The notes under the pieces were generated by a model. That model was not told where the DNA came from and searched no databases. It saw only the letters and a program-made list of their open reading frames with translations. The translations under genes were made by a program, and so were the position numbers. DNA of 64,000 bases from Myxococcota bacterium (GTDB taxonomy: Bacteria > Myxococcota_A > SURF-8), in NCBI GenBank assembly GCA_965140415.1, contig OZ223209.1, positions 3,136,001-3,200,000 of the forward strand, in the 5' to 3' direction. Of this stretch, positions 29,084-37,586 are shown one piece after another; position 1 is the stretch's first letter; each line of letters opens with the position of its first letter.

Positions 29084-30178
29084 TTAGAATTTGTACAGCT
29101 TCCGCAATTCCATCCGTTTCGCTTCGCCCATCTCGCTCCAGTATTCCGCACCGTCACGCGCGATGGTCACTTCGATTGAAGGCTGGTTGCCGTCTACGTC
29201 GATCAGGTGAATGTTGTCGGGATGACCGTTGGTGTCGCCGATCGAGCTGGTTTCGTAAACCGGAATGCTCCCGAACATCGTGTCGTGCTCCCAGATGTGA
29301 CCGTGACCCACAAAAATACCCAGCACTTTGTCTTTGACGTTTTCCACCAGATCGTAAAAGGGATCATCCTCTTCGATAAGGAAGGTCGGTAGGAAGGAAA
29401 AGAGGGAGTCTTCCGAATCGGTAATCGGCGGATGATGCATGAAAATCAACACCGGCTCGGCTTGATCCAGTTCGTCTTCAAACCAGCTTAGTTGCGCATC
29501 GTCGAAGGAACCGGTGCAAAACGATTCCGCCTGATTCCCCGTGCAGACCGCCGTGCGAGCATCGCCGCGATTGCTGTTTAAAAAGATCATCCGCACGCCT
29601 TCATGGACGAAGGAATAGTAGGGATCGATATCCAGCACCTTCTCCCAAACCGACTCGATGGCCTCCAGGTTGTCCGTGTTGATGCCTTCGTGGGCGTCGG
29701 CGTCGAAATCCTTTTGATAATCGTGGTTTCCGATAGCGACATAATAGGGAATCGACAAATCGTCCATGATATACTTAAAGGTATCCGCCGGGTTGTCGGG
29801 TGCTACCCCATTACCATAATCATCAGCGTTTTCCGAAAAAAGGCAGCCCACCAAGTCGCCGGTCACGGCCACGAAAGCGGAATCCGAGAATTCGTCGTTA
29901 ATACGGTCAACTGCGGCTTTCAAATTGTTTTGATTGCTAACCGGATCGTAAGGCCCGTCATCCGGATTGCCTTCCAGGCGCGTATGCGAATCCGAAATCA
30001 GTACGATGCGGAAAGGATTGACTTGAACGTCTTCGGCCTGATCGCCATCCGTGACCTCGCTGTCACCGTCGGTCACATCATCGCCATCGATAACGGTTTC
30101 GTCGTCACTGCCGCAAGCCGCGAGGATCGATAGCGTAAACAGGATGAAAAGCCACATGAAAAGTCGGGAGCGCATCAT
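29084..30178 (-). CDS. Calcineurin-like metallophosphoesterase lipoprotein (Icc/CpdA-like) with DGD linker
   Basis: Lipobox LAAC; ISDSH, VTGDL, GNHD, MHHPP, GHGH. Confidence 0.88.
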   Translation of the reverse strand: MMRSRLFMWLFILFTLSILAACGSDDETVIDGDDVTDGDSEVTDGDQAEDVQVNPFRIVLISDSHTRLEGNPDDGPYDPVSNQNNLKAAVDRINDEFSDSAFVAVTGDLVGCLFSENADDYGNGVAPDNPADTFKYIMDDLSIPYYVAIGNHDYQKDFDADAHEGINTDNLEAIESVWEKVLDIDPYYSFVHEGVRMIFLNSNRGDARTAVCTGNQAESFCTGSFDDAQLSWFEDELDQAEPVLIFMHHPPITDSEDSLFSFLPTFLIEEDDPFYDLVENVKDKVLGIFVGHGHIWEHDTMFGSIPVYETSSIGDTNGHPDNIHLIDVDGNQPSIEVTIARDGAEYWSEMGEAKRMELRKLYKF

Positions 30179-30345
30179 GTTGTAACTCCTTGAATTGGTT
30201 TACAATTGCAACGGCACAAATCATCGCGAAGTGGCAACGACGCGATTCGCGTATTGTTTAGATAATATAAAATGGATCGCATTACCAGCGATTTTACAGG
30301 AAAAGACGGTTAGTTTTCAGTTCAGACCGCAATCGCCGCTACCGA

Positions 30346-31608
30346 CTAGAGCGACATCAAGCGCCAAACCAGGTAGGTCAAACTGAAGAGCGTTAAAAAG
30401 GCCATGCCCGCCCAGGCAAGAACACGCAGCCAGGGACGCGGACGAAATTCTTCCGGCACATGCGGCAGAGTCGCCGCCTTGAAATTCAGGTAAGCAAAAG
30501 GCGGAGCGCTTAAGAACGAGATGATGGTCACGATATCGAGCAGGGTCCGCATTCCGCTGATAAACGCACCGATAATCAATAGGCTGGTGCAGATCAACAC
30601 GAATAGAATTCCCCAGTACCACACGCCGCCGCGCGTCGCCTGCCGATTTCGGATCAACTCCATCGATCCCTTCAGCGTTCGCGTATAGCCGTCGAAGACG
30701 GTCAACGTCGTACTGAACATCGTGATAAACGCGACAATGGCAATCAGGCCGAAACTCCAGCCCCCAAGCGTTTTTGTGTACAAGGTAACCAGCTGCCCGG
30801 AAAATTTCAAGCCGCTGTTGGCAAACTGTTCCCCGGTACCGAACATCACCAACGCTCCGAGGCAGACGAAAGCCAGCGCCAGCATTACGGTGGAAAGATA
30901 ACCGGCGTGAAAATCCACCAGCGCTTCATTCAAGGTCGGCTTATGCTGGGTCTGCTCCTTGCGCTCCAACCCCCAAAGCGACGGCCACACGGAAATGTCG
31001 ATGGGACCGGGCATCCAGCCCATCAGCGCGATAATGAACGAGAAACTGGCCAGCGTCCACAGATCGGGAGCCTGATAATCCGGCGCACCCACCGGACCAT
31101 GAAGAAAGGCCATGGTCACTGCGACAATCGTGCAGAGCCCCAGCACCAGTACCATGATTTTCATCAGGGCATCGAGTAGTGGATATTTGCCAATCAGCAG
31201 AATCAAACACACGATGAACAATACAACGGCGGAAATCGCCAGCGGCGACAAGGTGATATCCAGCATCAACCCTGCCAGACCTGCGGTGATCAGCGTGACG
31301 GCGGCGGCGTTTAAAATCGCGGCCACAATCGCCAGCAGGAAAAAGAGCCATAAGGCCCAGGAGCCGATACGCTTATAGCCATCCAATAGGCTTTCGCCGG
31401 TGGCTGCCGTGTAGCGATGCGAAAACTCGAAGAAAGGATATTTGAACAGGTTGACCAGCAGCACGATCCAGATCAGGTCGAAACCGAAATCGGCACCGGC
31501 GCGTGTGGATTGTACCAGGTGCGAGCCTCCGATGGCGGCGCCCGCGAAGAGAATTCCAGGTCCGAGAGTTTTTACGACACCGGAGAAACGTCCTTGTTCG
31601 GAAATCAT
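30346..31608 (-). CDS. NRAMP-related (APC superfamily) membrane transporter
   Basis: LGPGILFAGAAIGGSHLVQSTRAGADFG, KYPFFEF..RYT..TGESLL.GY, ~11 TMs, MFSTTLTVFDG. Confidence 0.8.
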   Translation of the reverse strand: MISEQGRFSGVVKTLGPGILFAGAAIGGSHLVQSTRAGADFGFDLIWIVLLVNLFKYPFFEFSHRYTAATGESLLDGYKRIGSWALWLFFLLAIVAAILNAAAVTLITAGLAGLMLDITLSPLAISAVVLFIVCLILLIGKYPLLDALMKIMVLVLGLCTIVAVTMAFLHGPVGAPDYQAPDLWTLASFSFIIALMGWMPGPIDISVWPSLWGLERKEQTQHKPTLNEALVDFHAGYLSTVMLALAFVCLGALVMFGTGEQFANSGLKFSGQLVTLYTKTLGGWSFGLIAIVAFITMFSTTLTVFDGYTRTLKGSMELIRNRQATRGGVWYWGILFVLICTSLLIIGAFISGMRTLLDIVTIISFLSAPPFAYLNFKAATLPHVPEEFRPRPWLRVLAWAGMAFLTLFSLTYLVWRLMSL

Positions 31609-31638
31609 AGCGGTTCCTGTCAGGCAGTCTAAATCACC

Positions 31639-32727
31639 TTAGCGTTGGGCACAGTCACACCAGTGATACTCATATTCATCATTCCAACCACAGCCGTTAC
31701 TGCTCGTTCCGTAGCTAGTGCTGCAAATGTTACTACACGTATAGAGCGTCCAATCGCCGCTTTCACAGATACACACATCGTCATCAACACAAAACGAAAT
31801 GTCCCTTGTCGCATCACACGCGCCGCTGCAATTGTCGTCAGTATTCGTGGTGCTCGAATCCCAATCACCATCTGACATGGATTCAAATAAGGCTTCGATC
31901 TCATCCACCAGATCTCCCGGCATGCAATACTTATTCGATCCTCCCCAAAGTATCGAAACAACTTCCGCATCCAGATATCCATCCCGCACCCAGCTATAGG
32001 GGTCCAGGCAGACATAATTCTCATCTTTGCGGCAATCCGAATCGCTATTGCAATCGCGCAGGCAAATTCCAGAGGTTTCGTATCCTTCACCCATGAAAAG
32101 ATAGAGACTAAAGCAGTTGCCACCGTAAAGGGTCGAACAGCTATCCGATGTCGATTCCGTATCGCATGGGAATAGCGTGCAATAGCCGTTTTTCACTTCG
32201 GCCTGAACAAGGAAATTCTCCTGAAGGCTTTCTGTCGTCAGGCATTGATTGGTCTCGCATTCACCGTTGTAGCTGCAAGCACCTCCAAATTCCCCTGGAG
32301 GAATCGTATCGTCTCCGTCGGTCGTGCCATCTCCGTCACTGCTGGATTCGTCGCAAAGGCAATAGGGGTACGTGCCCCCGGAAGGAATTCCGCAGCCATT
32401 GCTTTGCAAGCCGTCGTCGTTGCAGATGTTGTCACAGTAATAGAATTTCCAAGTACCATCCACGCAGGCGCAGAGGTCATCGCTATTGGCGCATTTGGTC
32501 GGTTCGCTCTGTTCATTGCATGAGCCGCTGCATAGCTCGGCATCGGAGTCTTTGATGCAGGTGCCGGAGGAGCAAACCAGCCCCTTTTCACAGACTCCCT
32601 TGCTGGTGCAATCCTGCCCAAGCCCACCGATGTCGTCCAGGAATGCATCGCAGCCCACGAGCAACCCTAGCGCCACGATGGTCGACACGGCAAGATAGGA
32701 AATGGTGTTATAGGTTTGGATGAACAT
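31639..32727 (-). CDS. Cys-rich lipoprotein with DGD linkers and a duplicated Cys module
   Basis: Start ATG 32727, 2 nt after the PEGA-gene stop; lipobox LVGC; two copies of CSGxC...LC.C..G.W..Y.C.NIC......SNGCG......C.C. Confidence 0.75.
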   Translation of the reverse strand: MFIQTYNTISYLAVSTIVALGLLVGCDAFLDDIGGLGQDCTSKGVCEKGLVCSSGTCIKDSDAELCSGSCNEQSEPTKCANSDDLCACVDGTWKFYYCDNICNDDGLQSNGCGIPSGGTYPYCLCDESSSDGDGTTDGDDTIPPGEFGGACSYNGECETNQCLTTESLQENFLVQAEVKNGYCTLFPCDTESTSDSCSTLYGGNCFSLYLFMGEGYETSGICLRDCNSDSDCRKDENYVCLDPYSWVRDGYLDAEVVSILWGGSNKYCMPGDLVDEIEALFESMSDGDWDSSTTNTDDNCSGACDATRDISFCVDDDVCICESGDWTLYTCSNICSTSYGTSSNGCGWNDEYEYHWCDCAQR

Positions 32728-32729
32728 CG

Positions 32730-34019
32730 TTACCACCTCCCCGTAAAGCTCAGCGCAACGCCTTTGCCATCCGGCATCGGTCCGACCGCCACGCCGTGGG
32801 CGCGCTCCCACTCTTCGTCGCTGGGTTTGGTGAACCATAACACTGCCCCCGTGATCATCAGTGCGCCTCCCAGCGTATACCCGGCGATGGCCCCGCCCAT
32901 CCAGCCGCGACTGGCGCTGCGGTAGTCTTCCAACTTGCTGGACGAAGAAGCGCTGTTGGCTTTGTCGCCCTGATCGGCGGCCTGCCAGGTGGCCACGCCA
33001 CCGAAAGCCGTAATTACGAGGCCGCTCCAGAAGGTGATCTGCGCCCAGCGTTTTTGCGGATTGGGCGGCACATACAGGTTCATCGAGATACGCAGTTCTT
33101 CGCGCACTCCGCTTTTCATCCGTACTTTTTGCGTTTGAATGTTATAGCCTTCCAGCTTCGCCGTGATGGAATGCTCACCCGGCGGCAGTGCCTTCTCAAG
33201 TGGAGCGACACCCGCAAAATTGCCGTCGATTTCGATTTGGACACCCTGTGGCTGTGACACGATGTGCAAGCTTCCCGGCTGTACCGGCAGCAGTTCCAGA
33301 TTCAATTTACTGCTGGCGCCGCTTTGGATCGTTACCTTGCCTTCACCGTTCAGATAACCCTTTAACGTCGCCGTTACCGCGTGTTCGCCCACGGGCAGAT
33401 CTCCCGAGTATGGAGAAACTCCCAATGTGCGGCCATTGATCGCAATCGACGCCCCCGGCGGATTGGTCGTGACGATCACCGTTCCCGGCGGCGAAGCGCT
33501 TTCTGGTGCGTTGCCAACAACCGCCCCGGCTTCCATCGGCTCTGCGCCATACAAATCGGCAACGGCGGCGGGCAACGCCCGGATCAGATCGTCTATCGAG
33601 CCTTCGATATTTCTGGAACTGCGCTTGATGACTTCTGCTTCCCGAACGTTGATGCGGCGCAGGTTCAGCATCCAGAACGAGCCGAGTTTGCCAAGCTCAC
33701 CGGATATCGCCTCGGGAACCCCCAACGCATTTCCGATTTCGGCAATGCAGGAGGTGTCGTTCACACCGCATTTCTGCCGGGTCTCCTCGCCTTTTAAAAT
33801 GGTCTTGATATCGCCTTCGGAAATGACCTTGCCTTCCGAATGAAGTTCCACCTGCGAGGCGATGAAACCGGAGATGATGTCGATATCCTTGTCATCCACG
33901 CCCTCATTCGGAACCAGACGCCAGACGACGACGCCCTTTGTCCCTGCGGCCTGCGCCGGCAAAGACAGGCAGAGCAAGATCGACACAAACAACAGAGTGA
34001 TAACCTTATTCGCCACCAC
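32730..34019 (-). CDS. Secreted PEGA-domain protein with N-terminal TolB-N/CsgG-like domain and C-terminal hydrophobic helices
   Basis: SCIAEIGNALG...ISGELGKLG; two PEGA repeats (TNPPGASIAING..LGVSP; SQPQGVQIEIDG..AGVAP); terminal LSFTGRW. Confidence 0.8.
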   Translation of the reverse strand: MVANKVITLLFVSILLCLSLPAQAAGTKGVVVWRLVPNEGVDDKDIDIISGFIASQVELHSEGKVISEGDIKTILKGEETRQKCGVNDTSCIAEIGNALGVPEAISGELGKLGSFWMLNLRRINVREAEVIKRSSRNIEGSIDDLIRALPAAVADLYGAEPMEAGAVVGNAPESASPPGTVIVTTNPPGASIAINGRTLGVSPYSGDLPVGEHAVTATLKGYLNGEGKVTIQSGASSKLNLELLPVQPGSLHIVSQPQGVQIEIDGNFAGVAPLEKALPPGEHSITAKLEGYNIQTQKVRMKSGVREELRISMNLYVPPNPQKRWAQITFWSGLVITAFGGVATWQAADQGDKANSASSSSKLEDYRSASRGWMGGAIAGYTLGGALMITGAVLWFTKPSDEEWERAHGVAVGPMPDGKGVALSFTGRW

Positions 34020-34193
34020 GTTTCCTCCCGCAATAATCGGCTTAATCTGTTGGTTTCGTTTTTCCCTTTTCGTGCTTGATTTCTAGCATGAATACGAAAG
34101 CTTGTCCAGTAGAGAGAAAAGAGAGGGTGATGTTAAAACGGTAAAGACGGAATGGTCTTGGAAAAACATGAAAATTGAAAGCATAGTAGCATA

Positions 34194-34218
34194 GCAGGTC
34201 GGGTCAGATGACCCGACC
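34194..34218 (+). repeat. REP-like palindrome
   Basis: GCAGGTCGGGTC-agat-GACCCGACC; same family as 28907 and 35521. Confidence 0.6.
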
Positions 34219-34219
34219 G

Positions 34220-34393
34220 CGACTGATCCCGATTCAAGAGAGCATGGTCAATTTAGAGCAGGTGGTAAAGCGAGGAGGTGGAATTGAATCTTTTGAAATC
34301 GATTGCACATCCGCTTCCAGAAGGGAGCAATATGCAAGTGGCGTTAGTTACGATCTTGGGTTCCGCTTGGTTCGGACATTGCCAGCGAAGTAG
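34220..34393 (+). pseudogene. 3' remnant of an FGE-sulfatase (formylglycine-generating enzyme / C-type lectin fold) gene
   Basis: VKRGGG......CTSASR..........LGFRLVR-stop, the canonical FGE C-terminal pattern; no upstream body. Confidence 0.65.
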
Positions 34394-34408
34394 GCAGATG
34401 CAATTCCC

Positions 34409-34861
34409 TTATTCGCTCGTTTCATTTTTCCGAGTACTTACATACCACCTATAGACAGCAACAGTTAGTCTTAGAAAATAGAAGAATATTGTCACAAAAA
34501 CAGCTATCAAACAAAAGACATCAATAAGCCAATTATAAGTCCACGGGGCTAATGCAATTAAAAACACAGAGAGATACAATCCCGTATGTATTATTATTGG
34601 TATGGCAGCTATGTAATACACTAAAGACCATGTATTGGATAATAGAGTTAAAGCTAGAATGGGGTATGGAAGAAATATAAATGAATACCCTAATATAGTT
34701 TCTCTTATAGATTCTAATTCATGTATAGTGTTACTTGAAGGTGTAATTATACCCAACACAACTAAAATCCTGGAGATGTAGTCAAGAATCAAGAGAGATG
34801 AGGCCCACAATGCGGTGTTTTTAACAAAATAATTAAGTTTTCCTGAAACATTTATCGACAA
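34409..34861 (-). CDS. Small multi-TM protein, putative Rhs immunity protein
   Basis: Very AT-rich, ~4 hydrophobic segments, starts 36 nt downstream of the Rhs fragment stop. Confidence 0.6.
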   Translation of the reverse strand: MSINVSGKLNYFVKNTALWASSLLILDYISRILVVLGIITPSSNTIHELESIRETILGYSFIFLPYPILALTLLSNTWSLVYYIAAIPIIIHTGLYLSVFLIALAPWTYNWLIDVFCLIAVFVTIFFYFLRLTVAVYRWYVSTRKNETSE

Positions 34862-34896
34862 GTCACATCTCCCCGGGACTTATTAACCATTAAATA

Positions 34897-35523
34897 TCAA
34901 TCAAGCCAGGAATCAATTTCCAAGAACATATTTTCAAATATGGATGCAGAACACTCGATAGCACAATTACCAAGATTCTTTTTTCCTTCTTGGATACTTC
35001 TGGTATCCCCTTCTGTGCTCTCTGGACTGCATTCTAATCCATTCTCATATCCGTGTTCTTCCATGCAATCTTCTAAACATTTAAAAGACCCAGCAAGTCC
35101 TGCATAGCCAAGGATTGAAAGAGCTGTTCCTATTGCAAAAACCAATGGATGAACAACTTTCCCCTCTGGATCGATCCGGTTCACCGGATCATTTCCAACA
35201 TAGACATAGAGATTGATCTGCCCACCATCGAAGTGGATCGGATCTTTTGCTGTCCAGCGACCGATGTAAGGATCATAATCCCGTGCACCAAAGCGAACGA
35301 ACCCAGAATCCGAATCATACAAACCACCTGCAAACCCGAAAGGTTGGAACCCTGGGTTGCTGTCTTCAAGCACATGCCCAAACGCTGTGTACTTGATTTT
35401 TTGTTCTATTATTCCAGTAGACATATTCACCACCATGCGAACGCTACCCACCTGATCGGTAAGGAACTTATAGGTGATGTTATCACGAATCATGTAATCG
35501 GGCACGTGCCTTTTAGCACTGTA
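34897..35523 (-). pseudogene. Orphan Rhs fragment: end of the core plus C-terminal toxin tip
   Basis: VPDYMIR..TYKFLTDQVGSVR, FQPFGFAGGLYD, RFGARDYDPYIGRWTAKDPI, NLYVYVGNDPVNRIDPEG then ~87 aa tip; N-terminal YD-repeat body absent. Confidence 0.88.
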
Positions 35524-35548
35524 GGTCGGTCAGATTTTCTGACCGACA
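35521..35548 (+). repeat. REP-like palindrome with GTAG foot
   Basis: GTAGGTCGGTCAGA-ttt-TCTGACCGACA; 1 mismatch to the reverse complement of 28979-29006. Confidence 0.7.
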
Positions 35549-35770
35549 AATCTCAATATTGGGTGACAATTACCGACCTTGTCTGCCTTTACATCAACCC
35601 CTCCAAGCCCTTCTCTTCACCCTTTTCCCCCTTCCAACCGTAAAAGCCGCTTACACGCAGTAAAAAATATTCAAAATCGGCGCAGCAAATGCGCAAATAA
35701 GCAACCGGGCCAATGTTGAGCTACATTGTATACAACATGCCGAAGTTTTACTGGTCATCTACGGTCGCGC

Positions 35771-35817
35771 AGTGCGCTTTAGTGTTGTTTTAGTGTCGTT
35801 CTAGTGCGGATTTAGTA
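35771..35817. repeat. Five phased (T)AGT(G/A) motifs at 10-11 bp spacing
   Basis: AGTG at 35771, 35781, 35792, 35803 and AGTA at 35814. Confidence 0.5.
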
Positions 35818-35920
35818 CGTCTGCCGCCGCGTCGTGTCACGATTCGCGAAAATATGGGTCGGTGAATCACTTTTGAAAGAGCGTAAGCCGCGTGAGCGAA
35901 CCTCAAAAACGAGGAGATTT

Positions 35921-37564
35921 CTAGTCCGATTCTTCGGAGGATTCCGGTAGCCAGAAGAACTCCCCAATTCGCTTTAAAAGCAGATCCAAATTCTTTCCCG
36001 TTTCAGCGGAAACGACCAGTGGACCATCCGGCTCGTAATCGATTTCGAAACCGATCTGCTCCAGGCGATCCATCTTGTTGAAGATCAACAGGCGCGGAAG
36101 TTTATGAAATTCCAGTTGTTCCAGAATCGTATCCACCGATTCAATATGAGATTCGTGATCGGGATCGCTGATATCGACGAGATGCAACAACAAGTCCGCC
36201 TGTTCCACTTCTTCCAGCGTCGCGCGAAATGCCGACATCAGCTCTTTGGGCAAATCCCGAATAAATCCAACGGTATCCGTTACAACCAGCTCCCGTCCTT
36301 CGCCCAGCACGATGCGCCGACTGGTGGGGTCCAGCGTGGCGAACATGCGATCCTCTGCAAAAATCTTACTGGCAGTCAGTTTGTTGATGAGCGTGGATTT
36401 TCCCGAATTTGTATAACCGACAATCGCAACTACCGGGACGCCGCGCTGGCTGCGCCGTCCGCGACGAAGTTCGCGCTGTCGCCCTAACTCATCGATATAA
36501 CGTTCTAATTTCGTAATACGATCCCGAATGCGGCGTTTATGGATTTCCATTTTGGTTTCGCCCGGACCCAGCGCACCGATGCCGCCGGTGATGCGCGAAA
36601 GTCCCTCGGAACGACGGCTGATGCGTGGCAACTCATAGCGCAAGGAGGCAAGTTCAACTTGCAAACGACCAGCCCGGCTTTGTGCGCGTTGTCCGAAAAG
36701 CGCCAGAATCAACTGATTTCGATCCAGAACTTCAACTTCCGTTTCTCTTGCAAGCGTTCGAGTCTGGGCGGGTGTCAATTCGCAGTCGAAAATGATCATT
36801 TCCGCGCCTAGTTGCATGCTGTCCAAAACCAATTCGTGAAGTTTGCCTTTTCCAATCAAATAGCGCGGATCGAGCTTGAAACGGCTTTGCAAGTACGAAT
36901 TCGCCACTACTAATCCAGCGCTTCTGGCAAGCTCTGCGAGTTCATCCATCGTGGCATCGGTCGAACCGCCGGCTTTCGTGCGAACGCCGACCAGTAAGAC
37001 GCGATCCTGTTTTCCGGTGGCCTCCCCTACTCCCGCGCGTTTTTGGAACTCGTTCTCTATCTCCCGAATATCCCTAAGGAAATCGAACGCGACAGCCTGG
37101 ACGTTATGAGCTCTGGCAACCCGGTGACGCTCCCCGGAGGGGCTGAAAGGCAGTAAATGCGCGTACATCACCGAACCGGGCATGCCTTCCTCGACATCGA
37201 GAGAAAGAATCATGTCCAATCGCAAGTTTGCCAGATCCGATAAATCTTCAGAAGAAAGCGGTTCACCTTTCAAATGAGTATGCAGCAGGCGAAAGCCGTT
37301 AAAACGCCCTAAACCGGCCTTCAGACGTCTTAAATGCGGCAAGGTGAGTTCGTGGTCGTTTCCAACGATCACAGAGACGACATGCCCCTTGCGATCGATC
37401 AGAACGCCGACCTGGCGCTTGATTTCCCAAGAAACTTCAGCAAGATGGCGAGCAAGCTCTGAACTCGCCACCTGATGCTCGGGCACTCTGCGTCGATACG
37501 TTCGTTCCAGCGCTTTTAGCTGGCTGGTTTTAAGCCCTTTAAGATTTCCAAGCGGCTGTGCGAT
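35921..37564 (-). CDS. hflX: GTPase HflX, long form; probable ATC start at 37564
   Basis: GPGETKME, VGYTNSGKSTL, FATLDPT, DTVGFI, NKMD; frame continues upstream of GTG 37486 as IAQPLGNLKGLKTSQLKALERTYRRRV. Confidence 0.93.
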   Translation of the reverse strand: MAQPLGNLKGLKTSQLKALERTYRRRVPEHQVASSELARHLAEVSWEIKRQVGVLIDRKGHVVSVIVGNDHELTLPHLRRLKAGLGRFNGFRLLHTHLKGEPLSSEDLSDLANLRLDMILSLDVEEGMPGSVMYAHLLPFSPSGERHRVARAHNVQAVAFDFLRDIREIENEFQKRAGVGEATGKQDRVLLVGVRTKAGGSTDATMDELAELARSAGLVVANSYLQSRFKLDPRYLIGKGKLHELVLDSMQLGAEMIIFDCELTPAQTRTLARETEVEVLDRNQLILALFGQRAQSRAGRLQVELASLRYELPRISRRSEGLSRITGGIGALGPGETKMEIHKRRIRDRITKLERYIDELGRQRELRRGRRSQRGVPVVAIVGYTNSGKSTLINKLTASKIFAEDRMFATLDPTSRRIVLGEGRELVVTDTVGFIRDLPKELMSAFRATLEEVEQADLLLHLVDISDPDHESHIESVDTILEQLEFHKLPRLLIFNKMDRLEQIGFEIDYEPDGPLVVSAETGKNLDLLLKRIGEFFWLPESSEESD

Positions 37565-37586
37565 AGTCGAACCTCACCGCAAAGGA

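Noticed and set aside
34208-34393. Diversity-generating retroelement
   Set aside because: No reverse transcriptase, no TR/VR pair and no AAC-rich template in the window
35771-35817. CRISPR array
   Set aside because: Units are 10-11 bp with no repeat-spacer structure and no cas genes
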